64,000 bases of DNA from positions 16,306,001-16,370,000 of the forward strand of contig NC_043006.1 in the NCBI RefSeq assembly GCF_006345805.1, in the 5' to 3' direction. Positions 39,370 to 52,784 of the stretch are shown here, piece after piece. Origin of the DNA: Octopus sinensis. Its lineage: Eukaryota. The stretch's first letter is position 1, and every line of letters starts with the position of its first letter. The translations under genes were made by a program, and so were the position numbers. Below the pieces are notes generated by a model that ran no database searches, was not told the origin of the DNA, and worked only from the letters and a program-made list of their open reading frames with translations.

Positions 39370-40690
39370 TAATTGTTAAAAGAAGACAACAAATATTAAG
39401 GCAAGGCAAACATCTCAAGTCGTATGCAATACTATTATTGGAAAAAAATTCAAAGTCTTACGGTTGTTTCTGGGATATCCCCGACTATGGGATATTCCGT
39501 CATCAGAGACAAACAAGGAAAAATAGGGGAAATGAGAATGGTATATATTAATGAGATGACAACATACAGGAAGGGAGTAAAGGAATAGGGAGATGGAAAG
39601 AAAGAAGAAAAAAGAAGTTCATAGTTCAACTTTCCAGTGTTGTAGAAACAAGAGCATAAAGTCCTTAGGGGCAATCCTGCGTAGATCCTTGTGGATTAAA
39701 ATCCTGATATAGTAAACATCCAGAGAAAAAAAAAAGACGCAAACATATCAACGTTCAATAACGGAATGGTAGCGGAGGTTGGTTATTAAGTGGGAAAAGA
39801 AAAGAAAAGAAACAGAAAGAGAGGTACATAGAGTGAGGGGCTGGAATTTAAGGATTGGCCTTAGGATAAAATAAGGTGTATAGGCGTATGTTGTCTAAGA
39901 ATTGTGTAGCTGGCAGAAACGTTAGCGCTCTGGCCGAAATGCTTTGTGGTATTTCCCCCGCTGCTGCGTTCTGAGTTCAAATTCCGCCAAGGTCGACTTT
40001 GCCTTTCATCCTTTCGGGGGCGATAAATTAAGTACCAGTTTCGTACTGTGGTCGATCTAATCGACTTAATCTGTTTGTCTGTACTTTTTTCTCTGTACCC
40101 CTTTGTGAGTTCAAATTCCGCCGTGGGTCGATAAATTAATCGAATGGCCTCCTTCCTCCTTTGTACCTATGATAGAAAGGATAACCGAGGAGGTAGAGGA
40201 AGATAGGGTAAAAAAATAGAGCAAAATGAAAGGAATTTAAAGAGAGTAGTAGGTGTCTTTCTGTGGTAGTCTTAAAGTCTATAGGCGTTGGGGAGGAAAT
40301 CTAGTAGCAATTGCTTGTGTCCGTTCTGGTTAAGGTCAGTGGCTGTAGAGTTATTTTAACAATGGGGTTATGGGTGTGTCGAGAATGGAGGAACTAGTTG
40401 AATGTTAAATTATTTCTGAGTGGGAGTTAGAATTAGATATTATGGGATTTATTGGGTTATGGTTTAAAAATAATTAAGGATAAATTAAAGAATTAATTAT
40501 TTATCTCATAAAGTGATGAGGTAAGGTAGATAGAAGAGATAAGGTAGAAATACGAGATATAGAAGAGATATATAGGGGTACGTATTAATGCTCAAAGGGG
40601 TTTGTATGTGGGTGACATTCGTGGGGTTGGAAGTGTAACGGGAATAAGTTGGTATATTTGCACTTTTAGGGTGCAACTGGTGCTTTCTCT
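39370..40690 (-). mobile_element. Probable Penelope-like element 3-prime region, with hammerhead at 39455-39510 and SINE A inserted at about 39905-40140
   Basis: Hammerhead core near the 3-prime end; pyrimidine-rich UTR; no intact ORF, so left and right limits are approximate. Confidence 0.5.
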
Positions 40691-40694
40691 ATTT

Positions 40695-41134
40695 CCGTTG
40701 CTTAAATTTCCAGATTCTACCAGTCAAAGAACACAAAACGCGACAGTAAAAATATATACTCTTTATTGTTCTTATAACAGTAAGAAATAAGTGGTATATT
40801 TGGTTCCGCTTGGTATGGATGTGTCACATCTGAAACTTTATCGCTTGTAAGAATCTCACAAGTGCAACAGCAAAACTGGGCTGGTCTTCTATGGCGTCCG
40901 TAGGGAGCGAAGATAATGTGGTCTGCAACAATGTCTGGTTGAAAGCCTTCTGTATTTGTTGCTTACTGCTATGCGTATCCCTGTACGCCTTGTAGGTACC
41001 TCTCCCCTGCCTATCAGCTAATGACACATCAGCAATCCCTTCTTCCGGTCTTCGCGCATGTGCGAGAGGGCTCTTCCCCTCTGCCTTTCCTGAGGACGTT
41101 GCGCGCGCGCGCGCTGTTGGATAGCGTCACTACA
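40695..41134 (-). promoter_or_regulatory. CpG-rich promoter/first-exon-like module, copy 1
   Basis: Minus strand: TGTAGTGA, (CG)7, CGCACATGCGCG (NRF1-like), ACCGGAAG (ETS), CGCCAT (YY1-like), candidate donor CTT|GTGAGA at 40859; homologous to 56810-57349. Confidence 0.65.
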
Positions 41135-41149
41135 GAAGTTACATTTAGA

Positions 41150-42217
41150 TGTATGAAAGAACTTGCTCCTAAATTGACATGCATTCTCGTAAACTCGTCG
41201 CTTTATGATACTCCACAAGTTTTCTATTGCATTTTAATCGGGGGAACAGGCGGGCCAGTTTATCTTCCGAGATCCACAGAAGCCTAATTCTTCGCTGAAT
41301 GCGAGGGCGCAATATCTTGCATGAATATCATGGTTGTCTTGAAGGTGATCCTTTGCTTTTTTTAACCAAGGTTCAATGTGCTCTCTCGGAAAGATTATAT
41401 AAGCATCCGCAGTCATTTTAACTCTGTCAGGCACTTTCCAAGGACCAACCAAAATATCTCCAATAATATCTGCCCAAATCATGATGCCTCCTCCCCTTTG
41501 TTGGCGTCTCAAGTGTTGATGGCGATCTCGTCCATTTACAACCCATCCCTTGATTCGACCATCAGATCCATCAAGGGCAGCACGAGTTTCGTCCGTAATC
41601 AAAACTTTTGAAAAGTCGACCTTCATGTTATCTTCTGCCCATTTCAGATGATTTTGTACATGTAACTTGTTTAAAGAAGTCCTCTTAACTGATGTCACTG
41701 GTTTACAGACATTTTTCAGAAGATGACATCGTGTGGTTCTGGACGCAGTCTTTACGCCAACGTGCTTGAATTGTTCTCTACTTGTAAGACCTGGGTTCTT
41801 TACAGCTTCACGCTTAAATCGTAATAGAGAACGTTGAGAAACAGCCCTCGATTGACCCTCGTCGACTCTCTTAAGTATCTTCGTAGGAGCTGTAATAATG
41901 TATTTCACAGTTTGGTGATATCTTCCAATTATTTTAAATATTTCTAATGTTGATTTATCTTTTGCAAGTTCAGAAGTAATAACAGATTTCTCTGAAGCAG
42001 TTAAGTCATATTTACGGCACATAATTACACAATTATCAGACTACTTGTTAATAATTTGAAAGAATGAAAGTTCGTGAAAATCATGCAAATGGCCGCGGTT
42101 TTTAAACACCACGCCCATATAACTCTTGCCATCATTCTGTGGAAATTTTGTTGAATTCCAACAAATTGTTTTTAAATAAAATATAAAATTTACGTCCTTA
42201 ATGATTTGAACCGCGGT
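41150..42217 (-). mobile_element. Tc1-family DNA transposon remnant
   Basis: ORF 41234-42022 with HTH, ITDET, GGGIMIWA, then frameshifted WPACSPD*NAIENLW (DDE triad region); 3-prime truncated. Confidence 0.9.
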
Positions 42218-42224
42218 ATACATA

Positions 42225-42420
42225 CGTGTGTGTGCGTGTGTGTGTGTGTGTGAATGAGTGTGTGTGTGTGTGTGAATGTGTGTGTGTGTGTGTGAATGTG
42301 TGTGTGTGTGTGTGCGTGTGTGTGTGTGTGTGTGTGAATGTGTGCGTGTGTGTGTGAATGTGTGTGTGTGCGTGTGTGTGTGTGTGCGCGTGTGTGTGTG
42401 CGAATGTGTGTGTGTGTGAA

Positions 42421-42451
<31 letters not shown>

Positions 42452-42500
42452 GTGAATGTGTGTGTGTGTGTGTGTGTATGTGTGTGTGTGTGTGTGTGTT
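42225..42500. repeat. (TG)n compound microsatellite
   Basis: Direct reading. Confidence 0.95.
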
Positions 42501-42795
42501 CAGAACAGTTATGAAGTGACAGAAATCTCGTAATGCGTTGCACTAAATTCCATATGGCATTTAGTTCAATGTTATAAGCTCACCATTGTTTTAGCCTTTC
42601 GCCTCTCCAGAATTGATATCACACAACCACCTGTCCTCTACAAAAAGTGGGGTCTGGCTAGAACTTGCACTTTTTACTATGTGACCGAGTGTGACAAAGG
42701 GAAAAAATCATTATTTTTTTCTTTCTTTTTAATTATAACCTCCTGTTTGACAGAAACGTTAAAATACTGACTGTAATTCCCTTATATATGTTAGC

Positions 42796-43245
42796 CGTAT
42801 GAAAGATGGCAGAATCCCCAAGGACATACTCTACGGAGAGCTTGCTAGGGGTACTAGGTCTGTGGGTAGACCGATCTTACGTTACAAGGATGTTTGCAAA
42901 AGGGACATGAAGGCCTGCAACATCAATATTAGCGGTTGGGAGGCAGTTGCCGGCAACCGTGGAGAATGGCGACGTACAGTAAAAGAGGGAATACAAAGGA
43001 GTGACAGAGAGAGAAAGAGGAGAAATGGAAAGACAAGAAAAGACGTCAACAAGAAACTATGGCACTACAACCAGCCAGGAACAGTCTTCGCTACATTTGC
43101 GGTACCTGCCAGAGGGAGTGTTTGTCCAGGATAGGACTACACAGCCACAGCAGGAGATGTATTAGGACATGAAATGTAAAAGCCGGACTAGATTATTTTA
43201 TGCGCAACTCCAATGTCTCCCGAGACAGAAAGGATGCCAACCAAC
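42796..43245 (+). mobile_element. RTE/BovB-like LINE 3-prime end
   Basis: MKDGRIPKDILYGELARGTRSVGRP.LRYKD..KRDMK; tail GATGCCAACCAACC. Confidence 0.88.
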
Positions 43246-43634
43246 CAATTCCCTTATAGAATTTAGCAGCATTTGCTAGCAATGATTTCAAATCAATCCA
43301 GTGTCGACATAAGAAACAGTTAAGTAATTAAATCATTGATTCAATCCAATCTAGCTGAAATAATAGAGTTTATTGTAAATATATTAAACAATACATAGGA
43401 CTGTTGCAATTTGCTTAACAGATTACAATGTGTAAATTTTATAAACTTTTGGAAAAAATACCTTTCAGCAATGCAAGTGAAAAGCTTAATAAAATGTGTC
43501 AGATGATGATCAATAAATTAAATAAAAGAGGTTAAAAGCACTATATTACCATATAGAGGTTGTTTAATGCTCCAATATTTCGGGAAAGAATATCTTTTTC
43601 AAATATAAGAAGAAAATAATCAAAGATTTTGGAA

Positions 43635-43900
43635 AAATGCATAGCCTCGTGATTAAGCTGTTGCGTTCACGATCGCTAGATCGTGGTTTGATTCCCTGAT
43701 TAGGCGGCGCGTTGTGTTCTTGCGCAAAACAATGCATGTCACGTTGCTTCAGTCCCCCTTTCCACCTGGTGGGGTAATGTTGGCCTGCTCGCATAGCCGG
43801 CGGGGCAGCGTTGTTTGAAGGCAAAAACCATGCACAACGCATTAGGACCAGCGATGTGTAACAACATTTGATAGCCTGGTCGGTTAGGAGATCACGTCAC
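43635..43900 (+). mobile_element. Old tRNA-derived SINE family G
   Basis: D-like head; tail GACCAGCGATGTGTAACAACAT also at about 36790-36900 (+) and 17636-17712 (-). Confidence 0.65.
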
Positions 43901-44275
43901 ACACACACACACACGCACGTACATACATACATGCATACATACATACATACACGCATACATACATACCACACACACACAACATACATACATACATACATAC
44001 ATACATACATGCATGCATACACACATACATACATACATACATACATACATGCATACATACATACATACATACATACATACATACATACATACATACATAC
44101 ATACATACATGCATGCATACATACATACATACATACATACATACATACATACATACATACATACATACATAGAACCTGATAGGGTGTAAAGTTAAGGTAT
44201 TTCCAGAGACGTATGTATGTATGTATGTATGTATGTATGTATGCATGCATGTATGTATGTATGTATGTATGTATG

Positions 44276-44309
<34 letters not shown>

Positions 44310-44310
44310 T
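43895..44310. repeat. (TACA)n and (TATG)n tracts in opposite orientation
   Basis: Direct reading. Confidence 0.95.
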
Positions 44311-44680
44311 GTGGTTGCCAGATTAGAAAATTAGATATACGGGGCACTTTTAAAATCTCTGTATATACACACGCAAGCATGTATCTGACTCATACACTGT
44401 TCACTTCCCAGACATTTGAACATTACTGCATATGCTTTATACGCACTTTTGACAAGTTGTGGTGCACTTGAGCACTGTATACAATAATTTCATTATTATT
44501 ATTATATATATAAACTTATACAAGTCTACACACCCAGAACAATATATTATATAGAAGTAGAGACATAAGTTAAAAATTAAAAGCAATTATTTTAATGGGT
44601 TATGAGAAAAACTAAAGTAAATTCATTTCAAAACTATTTAATACAAGCTAAAAAACATTCTGTTCAAGTGTCTTTAATAT

Positions 44681-44845
44681 AGGTGTAGGAGTGGCTGTGT
44701 GGTAAGAAGCTTGCTTACGAACCACATAGTCCCGGGCTCAGTCCCACTGCGTGGAACCTTGGGTCTTCTACTATAGCCTAGGGCCGACCAAAGCCTTGTG
44801 AATGGATTTGGTAGACGGAAACTGAAAGAAGCCCGTCGTATATAC

Positions 44846-44877
<32 letters not shown>

Positions 44878-45070
44878 TTGACCCCCAGCATCGCTTGACA
44901 ACCGATGCTGGTGTGTTTACGTCCCCATAACATAGTGTTTCGGAAAAGAGACCAATAGAATAAGTACTAGGCTTACAAAGAATAAGTCCTGGGGTTGATT
45001 TACTCGACTAAAGGCGGTGCTCTAGCATGGCCACAGTCAAATGACTGAAACAAGTAAAAGAGTAAAAGAA
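44681..45070 (+). mobile_element. SINE family B
   Basis: Family B consensus. Confidence 0.88.
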
Positions 45071-45310
45071 TACAGAAACAGAGAAATTATCAAAAAAAAA
45101 TCTGTTAAATCGAAAAAAGTGAAATCCTTGCAAAATTCTTATTCAATAGAAACAATAGAAAATTGCAAAAGAAATAATTTAGAAAATTATTTAATGCAAA
45201 CAATACAGAAAATCGGCTAAAACGTTGTGTTTCATTTGGAGAACATGAAAAGAAACAAAACTGATAAACTTATATGAGACCGCTCAAAAGTTAAACTTGA
45301 ACCTTTACTT

Positions 45311-46660
45311 TCAGTTATATGTCACTGATGATTTGGCTTTTGTTAACAGGTCCTTGTTTTCTAACACGTGCCTATAAAATTCTTTACATTGACAGTTGAG
45401 GTTCCATGTGCATTGTAAGATAGCTTCTACAGTAACCACATCCAACTTATTTCGTTTTTCAGTCCACTGAACATTCGCCATTGAGAAGACATGCTGAACA
45501 TTAGCATTATGCGCGGGTATGCTAGATGTCTTGCAAACAACTTGCACATGCAAGTGCTACCAGTCAAAAACTCCGCATACCAGAAGCCAGTAAATGTATG
45601 GGGTAATCAGGAGAGAATGCGCGCCATTTCGGGGCCTACCTCTCGACGGCATCAATGCGCACCCCCTCCCCTCACTGATATGAGGCCCCGCTTGCTAGAT
45701 CAGCTGGTTATCAAATAAAGCTCAATATTCTTCTAGCCATCGCTCATCATCTCTTTTTAACCAAATCCAGTGGCTAGCCTTCTCCACTGTAGTTTGGATA
45801 TCAGTCATGGTGGTATTGACTTTATGATGAGTTAGGCCTAAAGATAACAACAGTCGTCTCCAACAAACCCTGTACATCCGACTTCGATTGGAAAATCCTC
45901 TGCTTTCCAGCCTGCGTCTTCACATTCCTAAATAAGAACTAACACAAAATTAACAACTCGGAGTGTTGTTTTGGAAATTCAATCTACTGAAGGATAGAAA
46001 ACCATCTTTCATGGCACGGTCTGGTCTTCCATTCGTCAGTTTCATCTACATCTTTTTAGCAAGGGGTTTTTTAAATGGTGACCGCTGATAGAAAAGAATG
46101 GTGTCAATTTTTATACCTTTGTTCTTTAACACTAGACAAGACGATTATACATGTTCCCATGCTGGAAATGTATCTAATAACATCCAGGTAAAGTTATCAA
46201 AATTTTTAAAAGACAAAACCCATTTCTCAAAATAGTCATGGCAAGTGCCATAATAGTTATCAACTTCAAGTGGAAATTTCTTTTTCTCTTCAGATTTGAC
46301 ATCGTCATTATTAAGGCAATCCTTCACACTGAGAGGAATAAACTTTTCGTTAATTCTTTCCTGCAACGAGTTCTTTTAAACAGCCAAGCACTTCAATAAT
46401 GTTATTTTCTCTCTATTCTATCTTCATAATCCTGTTGCTAAAAACATTCAAAACTATTAACAAGATATAAGTAGCCTTCGCTCAGCGGATTATTGAAGAT
46501 TGAAGAATTCTACAAGAATTTGGGGGACCTTTTCTTCAGAATCAAAAGAAGAGTTCAGTGTTTTAAATAACCTAAGGATTCTCTCAAATGCTCTCATAAA
46601 AGAAAACCAACGAGTTTTAGAACGTGAGAGAAATGAAGCATACAAGGAAATGGGTTACTT
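45311..46660 (-). mobile_element. hAT transposase remnant, interrupted by a LINE
   Basis: C-terminal SIPAHNANV..VFS...QWTEKRN.L dimerisation motif; upstream TRWFSFMRAFERIL; many stops. Confidence 0.75.
45527..45929 (-). mobile_element. HERO/NeSL-like LINE 3-prime fragment nested in the hAT remnant
   Basis: ECEDAGWKAEDFPIEVGCTGFVG...EKASHWIWLKRDDERW; splits hAT between FLF and SIPAHN. Confidence 0.7.
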
Positions 46661-46931
46661 CCTTTGAGAGTTTTTAAAAAAATATTGTAGAAGTGCTATG
46701 GGTTATTTCCCTTGGGTGTTTTTATTTTTTAAATAGTTATATGAGGTAGATATAAAGGTCCCTTCTAGGGGCTGTATTATCGATTTTTTTCAACAATCTA
46801 AGTATGTCACGAAGTTTCCAGGCATGAGCTCCACTCACGTGTCAAGTTTCATCGAAATCAATAAAACGATATAGGAGGAGTTAGCTAACAACGCCACAAA
46901 CAAACACACACCGATTTTCCACATATATAGT

Positions 46932-46934
<3 letters not shown>

Positions 46935-46991
<57 letters not shown>

Positions 46992-46994
46992 ATG

Positions 46995-47049
<55 letters not shown>

Positions 47050-47143
47050 TATATATATATGTATATTTATATATATATATATGTATATATATATATGTAT
47101 ATATATAATATATGTATAGTATATATGTATATATATTATATAT

Positions 47144-47178
<35 letters not shown>

Positions 47179-47526
47179 GTGGATATATATATGTGTGTAT
47201 ATATATATGTATATATATATGTATATATATATGTGTGTATATATATGTGTGTATATATATATGTATATATATATATGTGTGTGTGTATGTATATACATAT
47301 ATATGTATATATATTTATGTATGTATATATATTATGTATGTATATATGTATGTATATTTATATATGTATGTATATATGTATGTATATATATGTATATATA
47401 ATATATATAAGGGATGGTATTTTTAAAAAAACAATCACGAGTGGCGAGCGAATTATCAACCTTACAGTCAAATTAGTAAAATGCATCCGTACAATATTGG
47501 ATATGTACTTATATAAATATATATAT

Positions 47527-47559
<33 letters not shown>

Positions 47560-47588
47560 TATATTATATATATATATATATATAATAC

Positions 47589-47619
<31 letters not shown>

Positions 47620-47640
47620 TATAATATATATATATATATA
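46935..47640. repeat. Long (TA)n/(TG)n compound microsatellite
   Basis: Direct reading. Confidence 0.95.
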
Positions 47641-48239
47641 TACTCACCATACATCTGCGTGTGTGTTTATATATAGAAAGAGAGAGCGATGGAGAGAAAT
47701 GGAGAGAGAGTGAGAGAGATAATGAGGGAAACACACACATAGTCGGGTGAAACAGATATCTGTAGTTACTTATCAATTCCAGAAAAATGACAAACAATTT
47801 GGTGGGGGGAAAATTTAAAATTAGATTCGTGACGTAACAAATCAAACGACCTAAATCATTGAATGTAATTCTGAGTGCCTGTAGTTCCCAACCTTATTAT
47901 TTTTCTATCGTTCTCCCACTAAACAAAACAAAAACAGTAACAATATCTACGCAATGTAGTGACACAGGTGTGGGTGTGTGATTGAAATGCGTTTTTTCCC
48001 AATCATGTCTTGGGTTCAGTAGCATTGCACGGCACTTGGAGGCAAGTGTCTTATAGCCCCGGATCGACCAAAGGCTTGTGAGCGGAACTGGAAAGTGGAA
48101 ACCTGAAAGACGTTCGTCATATATTATATATGTATGTATGAGAGTGTATTGATATGTTTGTCCCCTACCACCGGTGCTGGTTAGTTTGCGTCATTGTAAT
48201 TTAGTGTTCTGCAAAGGATAGACCAATAGAATAAGTACC

Positions 48240-48471
48240 TATTTCTTTACTACCTACAAAGGGCTAAACAAAGAGAGGACAACAAGGACAGACAAACGGA
48301 TTAAGTCGATTATATCGACCCCAGTGCGTAACTGGTACTTAATTTATCGGCCCCGAAAGGATGAAAGGCAAAGTCGACCTCAGTAGAATTTGAACTCAGA
48401 ACGTAGTGGCAGACGAAATACCACTAAGCATTTCGCCAGGCGCGCTAACGTTTCTGCCAGCTCGCCGCCTT
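48240..48471 (-). mobile_element. SINE family A nested in an old family B copy, 14-bp TSD
   Basis: ATAGAATAAGTACC at 48226 and 48472. Confidence 0.9.
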
Positions 48472-48619
48472 ATAGAATAAGTACCACACTTACAAATAAG
48501 CACTGGGGTCGATTTGCCCGACGAACTCCCGTCCCACCCTCGGCAGCGCCCCAGCATAACTCTAGTCCAACGACTGAAACAAGTAAACGACAGAAGAGTA
48601 CGAAATAAATCGTTTTTAA

Positions 48620-48915
48620 CGGTGAAACATGGGTGTTTCGTTCTTCGTCCTTAAACAACCCTTATTCAAGGACCTTTTGAGGGGATGGACTACTCGACCT
48701 GAAGAAAATTCTACCTGGACCTCCACCCGCAAGGTCGTACGTTGTTTATCTTGATATAAGGATATCGTGTCGTGGACATATGGTTGTGATGCATGTGCCT
48801 GATGGGTCCTTATCAGACGAGTAGTCATGATGGGTATATTGGGGATCGTATATTTGTACCTCAGGCTCACTTTGATGGCGTGTGCTGTTCTCTCGCTCAG
48901 CAATAATAAAAATAA
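48620..48915 (+). mobile_element. Interspersed repeat family F, second copy
   Basis: Homologous to 25430-25810. Confidence 0.7.
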
Positions 48916-49467
48916 TGTTAGTAACATCACAGTACATAAAGAAAAAATTAAGTTAATACCGTAAATTTTGCTTGATATGGGGAAGGTATTAACTTTTCAA
49001 CATGAGTTTGTCGAACTACGATATATCACTAGTTCTTGAATCCCATCGGTAAAAGTCTGGGATGGCTGAGAAGAGACTAAGTCAACAGCATGTGGACCAT
49101 TATTGTCATTAGCAGGTTTAACAATTACAGCTGATAAGGACTAACTAGATTCAAGAACGAATTGAATTTCAAGTTGCTTACAAAACTGAGGCTTGCTTCT
49201 GGACAGTAAGTTCTCTTCAGTCTGTAAGATGTTGATAATGTTGGTTTCAAATTTTGGCATAAGACCAGTATTTTTGGAGAAAGGGGTAAGTCGATTGCAT
49301 CGACGCCAGAGCTCAGCTGGTACTTATTTTATCGACCCTGAAAGGATAAAAGTCAAAGTCAACCACGACGGAATTTGAACTCAGAAAAGATATTAATAAT
49401 ATTGGTTTCAAATTTTGTCACAAGGCCAGCAATTTCGGAGAAGTGGGTAAGTAATATTGCTTACCAT

Positions 49468-50305
49468 CTAAGGTGGCAAGCTAGCGGAATTATTAGCATG
49501 CCGGGTAAAATGCTTAATGGCATTTCGTCTGCCGTTACGATCTGGGTTCAAATTCCGCCGAGGTCGACTTTGCCTTTCATCCTTTCGGGGTCGATAAATT
49601 ATGTACCAGTTACGCACTGGGGTCCATATAATCGACTTAATCCGTTAGTCTGTCCTTCTTTGTCCTCTCTGAGTTTAGCCCCTTGTGGGTAGTTAAGAAA
49701 TAGGTATTTCGTCTGCCGGGACGTTCTGAGTTCAAATTCCGCCAAGGTCGACTTTGCCTTTCATCCTTTCGGGGTCGATAAATTAAGTACCAGTTACGCA
49801 CTGGGGTCGATGTAATCGACTTAATCTGTTTGTCTGTCCTTGTTTGTCCCCCCCTGTGTTTAGCCCCTTGTGGGTAGTAAAGAAATAGGTATTTCGTCTG
49901 TCTTTACGATCTGAATTCAAAATCGACTGCGGTCGGCTTTGGCTTTCATCCTTTCGGAGTCGATGAGATAAGTACCAGTTGAATACTGGGTCGATGTAAT
50001 CAATATACCTATTTCTTTATTATGCACAAGGGGCTAAACATAGAGGGGACAAACAAGAACAGACGAACGGATAAAGTCGATTACATCAATCCCAGTGCGT
50101 AACTGGTACTTAATTTATCGACCCCGAAAGGATGAAAGGCAAAGTCGACCTCGGCGGAATTTGAACTCAGAACGTAACGGCTGACGAAATACCGTTAAGC
50201 ATTTCGCCCGGCGTGCTAACGTTTCTGCCAGCTCGCCGCCTTATGTAATCAATATACCGTTCCCCCGAAATTTCTGGCCTTGTGCTAAAATTTGAAATCA
50301 ATATT
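49468..50305. mobile_element. A-prime SINE carrying two tandem family A bodies (+) and one antisense family A copy (50010-50242)
   Basis: Junctions AAATAGG|TATTTCG at about 49703 and 49888; TSD ATGTAATCAATATACC at 49994 and 50243. Confidence 0.88.
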
Positions 50306-50841
50306 GCTCCAAATCACATCGACGTTGACGGCGACCCCGATGGCAGAGGTGGCGGTGGCGGCAGCAGAGGCGGCGAAGGTGGAGGTGGATGCCGCGACAG
50401 AACAGTCGATGGAACAAATATGAGTAGTTGTTTTGAGTTTTTTTCAATTCCGGAAGAGTAAAAAGCAATTTAATGAGTAAAATTTAAAATTAGATTCATG
50501 ACGTAACAAACCAAACAAAAGAAACATTGGATGCAATTCTCAGCGTCAGAAGTTCCCAACCTTATTTTATTGTCGGCCGCCCACTGAATATAAGAATAAG
50601 AATAATAATAATAATAATTGCTGTACAAAAGCAGATAAAAGAAATGTATTAATAAAAAGTGTTTATGTGTATTTACATTTATATAGGCGCAGGCGTGGCT
50701 GCTTCCCCACCACATGGCTCTGGGTTTAGTCACACTACGTGGCACCTTGGGCGGTGTCATCTACTATAGCCTCGGGCCGACCAAAGCCTTGTGAGTGGAT
50801 TTGGTGGACGGAAACTGAAAGAAGCCTATCGTATATATATA

Positions 50842-50891
<50 letters not shown>

Positions 50892-51102
50892 GTATTATGA
50901 TATGTAAAAAAAATACAAACTGTGACAAGAACGCATAACACTTAGAAGACGATACAACAAACATCCGGTTCTTGATGATTCAGTCAAGAACCGGATCATC
51001 GTAGTAATTTCGGCTGATTAATCTTGAGATTACTAGATCCGGCCAGCCCTCCAGGAAAAACTAATATATATACTTTATGTCTCACATTTATGTGTTTACT
51101 CC

Positions 51103-51154
<52 letters not shown>

Positions 51155-52013
51155 ATATATATATGAGGGTTTCGAATGTCCTGTCCGTGTTTATTGTATC
51201 GTCTTCTAAGAGTTATACGTTCTTGTACATGTTGTATTTTTCTACATACCTTAATATATATATATATTATATATATAGGGGGGTAGATATATATATATAT
51301 ATATTATATATATATATATATATGTTTCTTTATTACCCACAAGGGGCTAAACACAGAGGGGACAAACAAGGACAGAAAATGGATTAAGTCGATTATATCG
51401 ACCCCAGTGCGTAACTGGTACTTAATTTATCGACCCCGAAAGGATGATAGGCAAAGTCGACCTCGGCGGAATTTGAACTCAGAACGTAGCGGCAGACGAA
51501 ATACCATCAAGCATTTCGCCAGGCGTGATGTATGTATGTATGTATGTATGTATGTATGTATGTATGTATGTATGTATGTATGTATGTGTGTGTATATCCC
51601 TGTTGTACTCTTTCGCCCCAACTTTCTTCCTATTTCTTGTCCCCGACTTCCTACGCAACCGCTGAGCCTGGATGCGCAGTCATCCATTCGTCGATACTCT
51701 CGGTGTCGGGGGTTGACCTGCTTTCTCTTCTTCTGCAGGTCTTACGATAATAGCAAAGGACCACGTTTCGGACGTCTCCCATCACCTTGCGAGCTCTGGG
51801 ACGAAGACCGTTCGCTCAACAGCAGCAGCAGCGGCAGCGACGACACCGACGTCTACGACGACGACAACAACAATGACAATGACGATGAGAGTGACGGTGG
51901 CGACGGTGACAGCTGCTGTGGAGGCGGCGGTGACGACGATAACAAAGGCGATAATAACGATGATAGCGGTGACATCAGCGATAGCGGCGACGAATCCACC
52001 CCCACTCTCTCTT

Positions 52014-52060
<47 letters not shown>

Positions 52061-52569
52061 TACACACTTTAGGTAAGGAGGGGTGTGACAATGTCCCGTC
52101 ACAGATCACAAACCACCACCATAGCAATTTAAGTGCAAGGCTAAAAATACCGCATATATATACTCGTGTAAAAGTCGAATTTTTAGACCACTTTTTAAAG
52201 TCAAATTTACGGGGTCGACGATTACATGGATACTACTTTTTAGGGGCTGAAATTCAAGCTAGAGTCCGAATTTCCTTATCAGCAGCAGAAGCTCAACTGA
52301 TCTCTAAGCGAATAAAAACAAAAACACAATGAAATACAGTTATATTACCAATTTTATGCATCAAAATACACGTCCTAGTAAATAACACGACCCATAAACA
52401 AGACTGAGTAGGTCTTATAAATATTTACACTTTCTCTTTAAAAAAAAATTTGCAGGATGTCTTGTGCAGTTACCAGTAAATGTCCATAATATGGTGTAAA
52501 GTTGTTAATCTGGAGCAGAGATTCCCAGAGTGTGTTCTGCAAAAACCCCAGAGTTCCCTGAAAGTTTTC

Positions 52570-52735
52570 AGGCGTAGGAGTGGCTGTGTGGTAAGTAGCT
52601 TGCTTACGAACCACATGGTTCCGGGTTCAGTCCCACTGCGTGGTACCTTGGGCAAGTGTCTCCTACTATAGCCTCGGGTCGACCAAAGCCTTGTGAGTGG
52701 ATTTGGCAGACGGAAACTGAAAGAAGCCCGTCGTG

Positions 52736-52784
<49 letters not shown>

